Shown: piece by piece, positions 1 to 8,726 of the stretch
How the letters are laid out: every line of letters begins with the position of its first letter
Position numbering within the stretch: the first letter of the stretch is position 1
IMG/VR virus record: IMGVR_UViG_3300044213_000170
Location: 1 to 64,000 of that record
Reading direction: 5' to 3' (one strand)
Origin: a virus
Length of the DNA stretch: 64,000 nucleotides
Position numbers and translations under genes: made by a program
Notes under the pieces: generated by a model
Told to the model about the DNA's origin: nothing
Seen by the model: only the letters and a program-made list of their open reading frames with translations
Databases searched by the model: none

Positions 1-26
1 TCATTAAACTTGCAAGGAGAAATCGA

Positions 27-281
27 ATGGAATTATTCATCATTATGGGAATTTATGTTATTATCGTCGCTGTCTGGTATTTCAAATTCAAAAAATCAGA
101 TCAAGTAACTGAAACGGCTCAAGTAACCGAACAACAACCAGATGCTAGCGTAGCTGCTGAAACACCATCGGCTACACCAGTTACCGTTGCTGAAGCAGTT
201 CAAGAAGCACCAGCTAAAAAACGTGCGCCGGCTAAAAAACGTGCGCCGGCTAAAAAGAAACCAAAAACCAATACACAGTAA
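27..281 (+). CDS. Small membrane-anchored protein with a histone H1-like PAKKRA tail
   Basis: GGAG RBS, N-terminal hydrophobic helix, Ala/Thr/Glu linker, C-terminal PAKKRA repeats. Confidence 0.7.
   Translation: MELFIIMGIYVIIVAVWYFKFKKSDQVTETAQVTEQQPDASVAAETPSATPVTVAEAVQEAPAKKRAPAKKRAPAKKKPKTNTQ
213..257 (+). repeat. 18-bp coding tandem repeat GCTAAAAAACGTGCGCCG, about 2.5 copies
   Basis: Exact copies at 213-230 and 231-248 plus a partial third copy. Confidence 0.9.
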
Positions 282-1324
282 TGTCTTTGGATACCAATTT
301 GGGTGGAGTCTTCTATTCATCAGAGGACTCCAATTTTTTTGATTTCTTACTAAGAGATTTCGCCGTTAAACGATACGATGATGTGCAAAGTCTTCTGGTC
401 AGTAATCACGAGATCAAAACAGTGTTTATACATCTTCCTTATCCTTGGACAGACAGTGCGGATAATTTGATAAAACAACATAGTCAAACATCTCTAGAAT
501 TTTGCATTGTTGTCACAGAGCTGCACGGACCAAATTATCATTTTTTTAAAAAATACGATCAAGCAAATATATCATATTTTATTAACGGCCAATTGTCTTT
601 TCCTTTGAATTATAGCCCTGTGCATTCTTATATGGATTGGTTTACAGAGACTAAAGATCATTACTCAAAATATTCATTCTTGTCCGACTATGTTTATAAA
701 TCTTATAGATTCGATGCATTGCTTGGCAGAAACAAACCGCACCGACAACAGGTATACGATCGACTAATTAGTAATTCGGCAATATACTTGAGATACAATA
801 AAAACCAATATACCATCGACTTAGACAATTGGGATCCTGGAGTAGATCATTTAGAAATACATAAAGATCTGAAACATTCGGTCGAACAAGTGACTTATGA
901 CGATAAAATAATTCGCTTAAGTCAAATTATACCTAAAAAAATTTACGATATGTGCCACTATAGTTTGATCACTGAAACACATACCGTCGACGGGATGGTT
1001 TTTCTGACAGAAAAAACTGCTAAACCATTAATCGCCAAACGATTGTTTGTGCTAGCGGGCAATCAGTACAGCTTAAAATTCTTACGCAGTCTAGGATTTA
1101 AAACATTTAACACTGTGATTGACGAATCTTATGATAGTATTCAAGCCACAGATCTAAGAATTAAAATGGCATTAGATCAAGTCGATTACCTTTGTGAACA
1201 AAATCCCAAAGATATACATCAGCAAATACAACCGATACTAGAATACAACCATTGGTTAATTATGAATACCGACTGGCAAAAAGAATTAAAAACCTATCTT
1301 TTTAGCAAATTCAAAGCTAGCTAA
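281..1324 (+). CDS. Putative glycosyltransferase-like protein; paralog of 7554..8720
   Basis: Shares the block ET..LTEK..KP..KR.F..G..L..GF.TF..IDE.YD.I with 7554..8720; resembles GT10-like C-terminal motifs. Confidence 0.45.
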   Translation: MSLDTNLGGVFYSSEDSNFFDFLLRDFAVKRYDDVQSLLVSNHEIKTVFIHLPYPWTDSADNLIKQHSQTSLEFCIVVTELHGPNYHFFKKYDQANISYFINGQLSFPLNYSPVHSYMDWFTETKDHYSKYSFLSDYVYKSYRFDALLGRNKPHRQQVYDRLISNSAIYLRYNKNQYTIDLDNWDPGVDHLEIHKDLKHSVEQVTYDDKIIRLSQIIPKKIYDMCHYSLITETHTVDGMVFLTEKTAKPLIAKRLFVLAGNQYSLKFLRSLGFKTFNTVIDESYDSIQATDLRIKMALDQVDYLCEQNPKDIHQQIQPILEYNHWLIMNTDWQKELKTYLFSKFKAS

Positions 1325-2311
1325 GTTCTTACCCTTAGACTCACACATGATGTCGGCCCACTGTGAATGACTCAATGCCCAATCATTGACCGATTGATTG
1401 GGATAGAAGTCGCTATGTGCACGAAGTTTTGCTTTTTTATGTCCGGTTGCCAATAGGGTAGTCATATCGGGCATAGAATCATGTTTGAATCCAGCAGGCA
1501 AATGTTCGCTTCTACTATAGGAATAGTGTATGACAGGGGTACAGCCACGCCAAGAATCGATTACTTGCTGGACACGATGGTCTGAAGGCAAAATATATTC
1601 GCCCTCGCGACACCAATGGTGATGGATGTCAAGCACTAATGCACAATGATCAGCTAACTCCAGGGTAGAGTTTAATCCCCAGGCATTTTCTTCATTTTCG
1701 ATAGTGATTGTATTTCGTGCCTCGGGGCTTAATCGACTCAGTGTGTCAATGATGCCTTGCGGTCCTTTGCGTCCTGCGATATGCACATTAATTTTAAAGT
1801 CTTGAAATTTTTGACCGTAGCCCATCCATCGGGCCATATCTGCGTGATACTCAAATTCTTCAATGCTTCGATCGACGACGTCTGAATTGTCAGAAGCCAA
1901 TACACAAAATTGACCAGGATGCATAGACAATCGCACATCGAACTTTTTGGCAATATCTCCTACGGACTTGAAATGTTTTTCACAGTATTCAACTACGTCC
2001 GGTTTACGCCAAAAATAACTCCAGGTAGGCTCGGTGTAGACTGGTAAAATATCACTGGATAAACGTAGCATACGTAAATGGTTATCCAATGATCCTACAC
2101 GCTCGACCAGCATTCGTACAGCCTGTATATTTTGAACCATTAGATCCCATAGTTTTTGTTCTGCTACATCAACAGTTTGACGACTTAGCCACGCAACCGT
2201 AGTAGATCCGGTATTGTATTGTTTACAGGAGTCTTTTGGTTTAATGCCGTTGACCTGTTCAGGAGTATCAATCCACTTGCAGGCAAATCCGATTCGTTTG
2301 GTAATAGTCAT
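1286..2311 (-). CDS. uvsE: UV damage endonuclease UvsE/UVDE
   Basis: IGFAC, RLSSD, RLSMHPGQF, IENEE, LDIHHH and AHSD motifs. Confidence 0.93.
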   Translation of the reverse strand: MTITKRIGFACKWIDTPEQVNGIKPKDSCKQYNTGSTTVAWLSRQTVDVAEQKLWDLMVQNIQAVRMLVERVGSLDNHLRMLRLSSDILPVYTEPTWSYFWRKPDVVEYCEKHFKSVGDIAKKFDVRLSMHPGQFCVLASDNSDVVDRSIEEFEYHADMARWMGYGQKFQDFKINVHIAGRKGPQGIIDTLSRLSPEARNTITIENEENAWGLNSTLELADHCALVLDIHHHWCREGEYILPSDHRVQQVIDSWRGCTPVIHYSYSRSEHLPAGFKHDSMPDMTTLLATGHKKAKLRAHSDFYPNQSVNDWALSHSQWADIMCESKGKNLASFEFAKKIGF

Positions 2312-2317
2312 ACGTTA

Positions 2318-2346
2318 ATTATATACGCATATTACATTTTCGTCAA
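2318..2346 (-). promoter_or_regulatory. sigma70-type promoter for uvsE (leaderless geometry)
   Basis: TTGACG-N17-TATAAT-N6-ATG. Confidence 0.75.
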
Positions 2347-2732
2347 GCTATCCACCCCTGGCCGGAAATGTCGTGATACCAAACATAAAATGGGCCAGGA
2401 ATTTCTAATACCCAAGGAGATTTGAAATCTACATAATTGCATTTTGGATTAGCAAGATGTTGATATTTGGGTAATATCTCGTAACCGTTAATTGACAGCT
2501 CTGCTATCTCTATTCCCGACGAACCTTCAATAAAATCTAATACAGATATTTCTAATTTAATAGTGTCGAATAAATCGAATGATTGAATAAGATAGTCAGA
2601 GTTTAGGATCTTGTTGTTCAATTTTATAATTGCAGAAATAGTGCCATGGCGAACTATACGCAAAATTAATTTTAGTCGGTCCGACGTATCAATAGCCGTA
2701 AGATCGTAGAAATTCTTCATACTCGGGTGCAA
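2343..2732 (-). CDS. Hypothetical protein
   Basis: 129-aa ORF in the operon. Confidence 0.6.
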   Translation of the reverse strand: MHPSMKNFYDLTAIDTSDRLKLILRIVRHGTISAIIKLNNKILNSDYLIQSFDLFDTIKLEISVLDFIEGSSGIEIAELSINGYEILPKYQHLANPKCNYVDFKSPWVLEIPGPFYVWYHDISGQGWIA

Positions 2733-4008
2733 AGTCTATTATGGAATTATTTCGAATAAGCTCAAAACTTTTTAAAAATTGTACCAATTCGTGACGGGAT
2801 TCTTCCATATCATCAGGGGAAGTATATGTCGACACAATGTTGTAATAATCAATGATAGTATTAGCTATTCCTTGTTGTATATTGTCGCGTCTTCTTATGT
2901 TTAGTAAGTCTTCTTTTTTGTTAATGTTATATTTGGAAATTAAAGTTTCTAATTTGTGTAAAATATGTTTTCTAATAGAGTCAGGCAGTAGTTCTATCCT
3001 TAAACATCTCGGTTCATTCAGCGTATTGCAACTTTCTGCTATTAGATCGTTTTCAATCATAAATTCAAATAGTTGATCTATTTCATTTACAGTAAAAATG
3101 TTAGGAGTAATTCGCAGTGATATAAACAAATTTGTTTGACTTCTTAGTTCGATAAATTTATTAATATTATCCAATACAGATTCTATTTTACTAGGATATC
3201 GAATATAATTGTTCAATGGACTAACAGATTCTATACTAATCCCCAAATGGAATTCTTTAAACTCTTTAATTAAATCTTTTAATTGATCATTGTAAATGGT
3301 GCCGTTGGTAGTAGTGCCTACTATAATATTTTTACTAATGCCCGATTCGATAAGTTTATTACATATATCATAAAATGCAGGATCATATAAAGTTTCGCCG
3401 CCAAGAAAGTGTATATATTTAATATCTGGTATGGATTTTATTTCTTCCAAAAATTTGTTTAATCTAACAGGATCTTTAGTCCACGGAGTAAACGGGTCTG
3501 ATTGTTTAAATAAGCCGGGGTTTATTTTATGAAGTTTTATGTAATCTTGAGCTAATCTGCTACTGGCATACGGGCCACACATAATACAAGCAGAGTTACA
3601 GGTATTTCCTAATTCTATTTGTAGGTCGGTGGGTTTATGGTTACTATGTCCGTTGTTAGTATAACTATGCAAAAATTCTTCGTAATGGGGACTACTTCTG
3701 AAACTTAAATTAAAATCATCGGGCCGGATTCCGCTTTTAATCAATTGTCGTTGACGACCGCTTAATTTTCCAAAATCATCCTCATAGTAGCAAGATTTGC
3801 ACAAGTCGGGGTTTTCACCGTTCAACAAAGACATTCTTAAATTTCGCATCTCATCGCCATTATAAAATTCCATAATAGAGGTGTTGGCAATATTTTTGTT
3901 ATTCCTATAGCTATGGTTTGGCTTTGGCCATCGACATTCAAGCAACGACCCGTCGTAAGTCATTCTAAGGTGGTACCAAGGACTCGAACAAAATGTTTTC
4001 GAAAACAT
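2689..4008 (-). CDS. Radical SAM protein with an N-terminal Twitch/SPASM-like domain
   Basis: CNSACIMC (CX3CX2C), GGET and TTNGT motifs; N-terminal Cys cluster CSSPW..C..CKSC. Confidence 0.88.
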   Translation of the reverse strand: MFSKTFCSSPWYHLRMTYDGSLLECRWPKPNHSYRNNKNIANTSIMEFYNGDEMRNLRMSLLNGENPDLCKSCYYEDDFGKLSGRQRQLIKSGIRPDDFNLSFRSSPHYEEFLHSYTNNGHSNHKPTDLQIELGNTCNSACIMCGPYASSRLAQDYIKLHKINPGLFKQSDPFTPWTKDPVRLNKFLEEIKSIPDIKYIHFLGGETLYDPAFYDICNKLIESGISKNIIVGTTTNGTIYNDQLKDLIKEFKEFHLGISIESVSPLNNYIRYPSKIESVLDNINKFIELRSQTNLFISLRITPNIFTVNEIDQLFEFMIENDLIAESCNTLNEPRCLRIELLPDSIRKHILHKLETLISKYNINKKEDLLNIRRRDNIQQGIANTIIDYYNIVSTYTSPDDMEESRHELVQFLKSFELIRNNSIIDFAPEYEEFLRSYGY

Positions 4009-4031
4009 AAATTTAATAAACTTGAAAACTA

Positions 4032-4745
4032 TTAGTTTTCGAATCTGATAGAAATAACGTGTTCGTAATTCTTCTTAATCAAACTCTTAAACATCAAACT
4101 TCTATGAACTAAGAAATCAGTTGCACCGGCATCTAAACAGAATTTGGCCAACTGCTTAAAATACATAGTTCTGCGATTGGAAACTGCTGAACAAACTGCA
4201 TTGTTATTTAGTGTGTAGGTAGAGGTAATAAAGCTATTTCTATCAGCCATATCCCAATTGTGTATTTCGGTGTATGCAGTTAAGCTATTATCAAATTTGA
4301 TAATAGCAGGTTGACTGTATTCGCGATCTTTGAAATCTTGATTCTTATAATCTTTAACCGTAGTTATAATTAGTTCTGTAGCAAGATTACAAAGATTTGC
4401 TACTAAATCTTTTTGGTCTTGATCTGTTTTAGCAAAGGTTAAGTATTCATCAACTGCTACTATACAGTCGACTTTCCTAATTTCTTCAAATCGTTTAATT
4501 TCCGGGCGAATATCAGTCAACCAAGAAAAAACCCTGTCAGATACTTCAGTGACGAAAATTTCTTTCGCGTTGACACTTAAAATTGCAGGATTGAACCCGA
4601 TAAACAAAAAGCTATCCGGTGACACATTATAGAATTCTGTTGTTTTATTAATAATATCTTGTTTACGATCAATAATTTCTTTATTTTTCTTATGTAAACA
4701 AAATGCATCAAAAATTACTTCGGTATACGTACTAAACTGACTCAT
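4032..4745 (-). CDS. Hypothetical protein, possibly a degenerate methyltransferase fold
   Basis: 237-aa ORF; the FLFIGF and DCIVA segments weakly resemble class I MTase strands. Confidence 0.4.
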   Translation of the reverse strand: MSQFSTYTEVIFDAFCLHKKNKEIIDRKQDIINKTTEFYNVSPDSFLFIGFNPAILSVNAKEIFVTEVSDRVFSWLTDIRPEIKRFEEIRKVDCIVAVDEYLTFAKTDQDQKDLVANLCNLATELIITTVKDYKNQDFKDREYSQPAIIKFDNSLTAYTEIHNWDMADRNSFITSTYTLNNNAVCSAVSNRRTMYFKQLAKFCLDAGATDFLVHRSLMFKSLIKKNYEHVISIRFEN

Positions 4746-4797
4746 ACTAACTATAAAACCCTTCGTTTTAATTTTTATTTAAAGTTTTATAGTGTAT

Positions 4798-5811
4798 TTA
4801 GCTAGATCGTATCAAATCTAACGTCACACAATGAAAACCGCCGCCCATAGTTCGACTATGTCGGAGTTCCAATGGCACTACAGTCTGGCCGGTTTGTTCT
4901 AATTGTTTGATCAATTGAGATTGATTTTTGTCTACAATTACCGTTTTTGGGTCTACACTTAACATATTGAGGGCAATCCACTTACTGGCGTAAGGATAGT
5001 TATAGAAAGATTGCGGGGTAACATCATTAACATAAATTTTTGTCCACCCTTTAAATAAATCAGGACAATTATTTTCGTTTACTCTGCTACCATTTAAGAC
5101 GACTAAGCCGTCTCGCAATACGCTTATTGTACTATCAATATGTGCATAGGAGTATAGATTATCGACTATATGTACTCGATATTTTTTACCGATCATTCTC
5201 TGTAACCATTGTGCACCAAGCCTGTTGCCGCTGTTACTAACTAGATACAAAAGATCATCATTATGTCTCAATATATTGGCAGCATCGAACATCGGCTCTC
5301 GTTCATTTAATATAATATTGCCATCACGTACAAAATTATCTTGAGTCAGTAATCTAGGTCTGGGCGCAGAGAACCATCTGGTTCCGTCTACTATTGCCGC
5401 ATCTTTAATCGACCAATAAGCCAGTGCTTCGTGTTGTCTACTTCGATAAACCATTGGGGCTTCGATGACCATATCATCAATTACTAATAATACATCTCTA
5501 GGACAATAGTTGTACATACCGTCCGTGGACCAATTATTTGTGGTAACGACTTGACTATGATTTAATTGATCAGGGCGATATACTGTTACCCCAAAACTTT
5601 TCAATGTATTTGCCAGAATTTCTAAATCTTCGTTGGCTTCACTGATGATATGTTCGGGAAACTTTCCGAAAGGATGCGGGGTTTCTGTCCAAGCAGTAAC
5701 ATCTTTATTATAAGCAAAAATCTTATCCAGTGTCGGGAATTGTGCATCGGTCGCATCGCCCACCACACAGCTAACTAATTTATCATATTCGTTACAACTG
5801 GATATTTTCAT
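4798..5811 (-). CDS. Amidinotransferase (glycine/inosamine-phosphate amidinotransferase family)
   Basis: YCPRD, FDAAN, HIDST and GGGFHCVTLD catalytic motifs; start re-assigned to MKISSCNE, which overlaps the upstream stop (ATGA). Confidence 0.88.
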   Translation of the reverse strand: MKISSCNEYDKLVSCVVGDATDAQFPTLDKIFAYNKDVTAWTETPHPFGKFPEHIISEANEDLEILANTLKSFGVTVYRPDQLNHSQVVTTNNWSTDGMYNYCPRDVLLVIDDMVIEAPMVYRSRQHEALAYWSIKDAAIVDGTRWFSAPRPRLLTQDNFVRDGNIILNEREPMFDAANILRHNDDLLYLVSNSGNRLGAQWLQRMIGKKYRVHIVDNLYSYAHIDSTISVLRDGLVVLNGSRVNENNCPDLFKGWTKIYVNDVTPQSFYNYPYASKWIALNMLSVDPKTVIVDKNQSQLIKQLEQTGQTVVPLELRHSRTMGGGFHCVTLDLIRSS

Positions 5812-6326
5812 GTGTGACCTGTAATTTGGAGAGTATATCTGGGTTCCAATCCCAAATTTGCTGCCATATGCGGAGTATCGTATTTCCATACCATAGTATC
5901 TCCTGCACGCCAATTTGTAAAAGGTTGGCTATTGTATTCTGCTATATGGCCCGGTTTCCAGTCTTCTAAAAATACCACAGCCCGCCATATGGTTTCTTCT
6001 TTACCCTGTAATTTAAAAATATCTATGTATTTTTTGTATAAATCACTGTGCTCGGGTAATACTACACCGGTGTCCATTCTATAATAACTAGTGCCGATAT
6101 CTTTCCATCCCTTACCGGAAAACATATCAATAAATCGATAGTTCCAACTAGGTTGCGGGCTACGCATATCGCACATAACGCCAGTAAACGGACCGGTATA
6201 TCCTTGCCCGGCCCATTTATTTAAACTATCAGCATCATTAAACTGTTCGTGAATGTAATTTAATGACTGATACTCGTCATCCCAGAATTTTTGTAAATGT
6301 ATTTTTTTAACGTCTTGAATTTCCAT
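5808..6326 (-). CDS. 2OG-Fe(II) oxygenase-like protein
   Basis: HSD..H..R pattern (LPEHSD, PHMAAN, PRYTLQIT). Confidence 0.7.
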   Translation of the reverse strand: MEIQDVKKIHLQKFWDDEYQSLNYIHEQFNDADSLNKWAGQGYTGPFTGVMCDMRSPQPSWNYRFIDMFSGKGWKDIGTSYYRMDTGVVLPEHSDLYKKYIDIFKLQGKEETIWRAVVFLEDWKPGHIAEYNSQPFTNWRAGDTMVWKYDTPHMAANLGLEPRYTLQITGHT

Positions 6327-7551
6327 AATGAATGACTTTTATGTTAGCAGTGTCTTGTAATTTGCGCCACGGATCAATAATTATACTACCCGCGACAATA
6401 TTCACATATGGTTTAGTATCTTCTTGTTGTCCAGTATATTCATATGTAATCTTTCGATTATGCGCCCAAAGATAAACTGCGGGATCATTAACTTCTGTTA
6501 CCACGTCTGTTTGATCGTCAGCCAATGGGTCTACGTAGTATACAGGTAGACCTGCTTGTTTAATATAGTGTCCTACTAACGTAGAGTAAGATCCGATACA
6601 GTATTCAACATCGGGTTTATATGCCTTACCGTGAATTACTATAGGCAGGTTTGCTTCTTTTGCAACATCTACTAAAAAGTCTGCCATATTTTTTGCTTGC
6701 ATTTCTCTGGCGTGCATTACGGTGTCGAAAATATCATAACCTACATCATATTCTTTTGCTAACCATCTAAGTGCAATATTATCTCGTGGATGGCAAGCGC
6801 CTGCATCTCCCATACCAGCAGTCATATATTTAGGACCTTGTAGTCTCATAGTTGATTTCGCTAATGCAGTTGTGACAACATCTACATTGATGTTTCCTAT
6901 ACGCATGGCAAAATCTTGAATCATATTTACAATGCCAATTTTTGTGCTGATGTAGGTATTATAGAAAATTTTAATTGCTTCGCATTCGTCCCACGTTCCA
7001 ATTTCGTAACGAGGATTATTTTGCATTACTGTGTTATACAGATCAGTTAATTCTCCGGCTAGTCCAGTTACACTACCATCTTCGGTACCGATCATGATCA
7101 TTTCAGGATTAACCATATCCCATTTTACAGAACCCATCGCAATCAAATAAGGATTGTACACAAACTGATGTTTTGGATCCAATCGGGGAACAAAATGTTT
7201 ACGAGTGGTGCCAGGCAAGACTGTTGAAATCAAAACAACCTTTTTACTTTCCTTTGCATATTTGTTGATATTGTCAATAGCGTCTAAGACTGCATCGTGT
7301 CCAAAGTCTTTTGGTTGCATATGACTGGATGGTACACTACCGTCATATCCCTCGGCGTGCGGAGTAGGAACTGCAATAAAAATCCAATCGGCATTTTCAC
7401 ATAGTTCTTCGATTCCGCAAACTTTTACTAGGTTGCTGGCTCTAGGATAAATATCATAACCCCAGACATCATGCTTTTCTGCCATAACTTCCGCGCAGTC
7501 AAGACCAAGTTTTCCAATTCCAATGAAGCCAATTTTTTGTTTATCAATCAT
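6307..7551 (-). CDS. ugd: UDP-glucose/GDP-mannose 6-dehydrogenase
   Basis: GIGKLG Rossmann motif, IAVPTP, STVLPGTT, EAIK..N, GACHPRD and AYKPD. Confidence 0.88.
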   Translation of the reverse strand: MIDKQKIGFIGIGKLGLDCAEVMAEKHDVWGYDIYPRASNLVKVCGIEELCENADWIFIAVPTPHAEGYDGSVPSSHMQPKDFGHDAVLDAIDNINKYAKESKKVVLISTVLPGTTRKHFVPRLDPKHQFVYNPYLIAMGSVKWDMVNPEMIMIGTEDGSVTGLAGELTDLYNTVMQNNPRYEIGTWDECEAIKIFYNTYISTKIGIVNMIQDFAMRIGNINVDVVTTALAKSTMRLQGPKYMTAGMGDAGACHPRDNIALRWLAKEYDVGYDIFDTVMHAREMQAKNMADFLVDVAKEANLPIVIHGKAYKPDVEYCIGSYSTLVGHYIKQAGLPVYYVDPLADDQTDVVTEVNDPAVYLWAHNRKITYEYTGQQEDTKPYVNIVAGSIIIDPWRKLQDTANIKVIHYGNSRR

Positions 7552-7553
7552 CG

Positions 7554-8720
7554 ATGTACTCTTTAAATAATTTTTATTCTATATTATATAGCAATTTGTT
7601 GAAGCCGTCAAAATTTATTTTTGAATATTTTTATCCATTCGGATCAATTAATCCATCAGACATAATAAGCACCGCATGGATATCTCCCATAGAGTCTGAA
7701 GAATTTGGTTATACCTCTCGCCCGTACTGTTTAGCATATGATCAAGAGCCTCTAAATTCTAATTTAAATGATCTAGGTAGATGGTTTGTTAGTCCCACTC
7801 GATTGAGTTTATTTGCAAATAGCGAAAAATCAAAGGTTAAAAGTAAGTATTGCAGAGATTACGGCTATATGAATTGGTATTATTTCTTTCATGGGTTCGC
7901 AGCAGCTGATTGGTATCGAGATGCAAAATATTTCAATATCGAAACAGATAATTTTACTTCACCTTTTATGTCCTTGAATAGACTTAACCTCGGCGATAGA
8001 AGCTATAGATTATATCTTGTCAGTAAACTTAAGGATAAAAACCTATTATCAAAAGGGTTAGTCAGTTTACATTTAAACAACGACGATTGGAAAAAAGAAC
8101 TAATAAGCCCGTCTTTTCAAATGTCAAAAAATGCCAGATTCACTGTTTATCATAATCTTAAGAATCAAACGGATCCCATTATTGCAGATAAACGAAACGC
8201 AGTTGGTTGGGATAGTGCAAATTATGACTATTCTTCATTTTTATTTAATAAATCTGCTTTTTGGCATTCTGTCAGCGAAACTGTATTTTATTATGACAAA
8301 CTGCATTTAACAGAAAAAATATTTAAACCAATTGTTCATAAACGTCCTTTTATGTTAGTCGGTTCGGTAGGTAACTTAGAGTATATTAAATCATACGGGT
8401 TTCAAACATTTGATAAATGGATCGACGAAGGATATGATACTATAACAAATCACGAAGAACGAATTGATGCAATAGTTGAGCAATTAAATAAAATTTGTTC
8501 TATGTCCATAGATGATTTAGTAAAAATGAAAAACGAAATGCAAGAAGTATTAGATTTTAATTTTAATCACTTCTTTGGAAAATTTCGATATATAATATCT
8601 AAAGAATTAGTGGACAATTTTAAAGCATGTATAACTGCTTGGAATCAAAATCAACGTCGAGGGTTAGTTAATATCGATCACTGCGACTTCGAGAGAACTA
8701 TACAACTATTATCGAATTAA
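7554..8720 (+). CDS. Putative glycosyltransferase-like protein; paralog of 281..1324
   Basis: SETVF..HLTEKIFKPIVHKRPF..GFQTFDKWIDEGYD block. Confidence 0.45.
   Translation: MYSLNNFYSILYSNLLKPSKFIFEYFYPFGSINPSDIISTAWISPIESEEFGYTSRPYCLAYDQEPLNSNLNDLGRWFVSPTRLSLFANSEKSKVKSKYCRDYGYMNWYYFFHGFAAADWYRDAKYFNIETDNFTSPFMSLNRLNLGDRSYRLYLVSKLKDKNLLSKGLVSLHLNNDDWKKELISPSFQMSKNARFTVYHNLKNQTDPIIADKRNAVGWDSANYDYSSFLFNKSAFWHSVSETVFYYDKLHLTEKIFKPIVHKRPFMLVGSVGNLEYIKSYGFQTFDKWIDEGYDTITNHEERIDAIVEQLNKICSMSIDDLVKMKNEMQEVLDFNFNHFFGKFRYIISKELVDNFKACITAWNQNQRRGLVNIDHCDFERTIQLLSN
7583..7611 (-). promoter_or_regulatory. sigma70 promoter for the ugd operon, located inside the divergent gene
   Basis: TTGACG (7606-7611) N17 TATAAT (7583-7588). 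Confidence 0.6.
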
Positions 8721-8726
8721 CTGATA

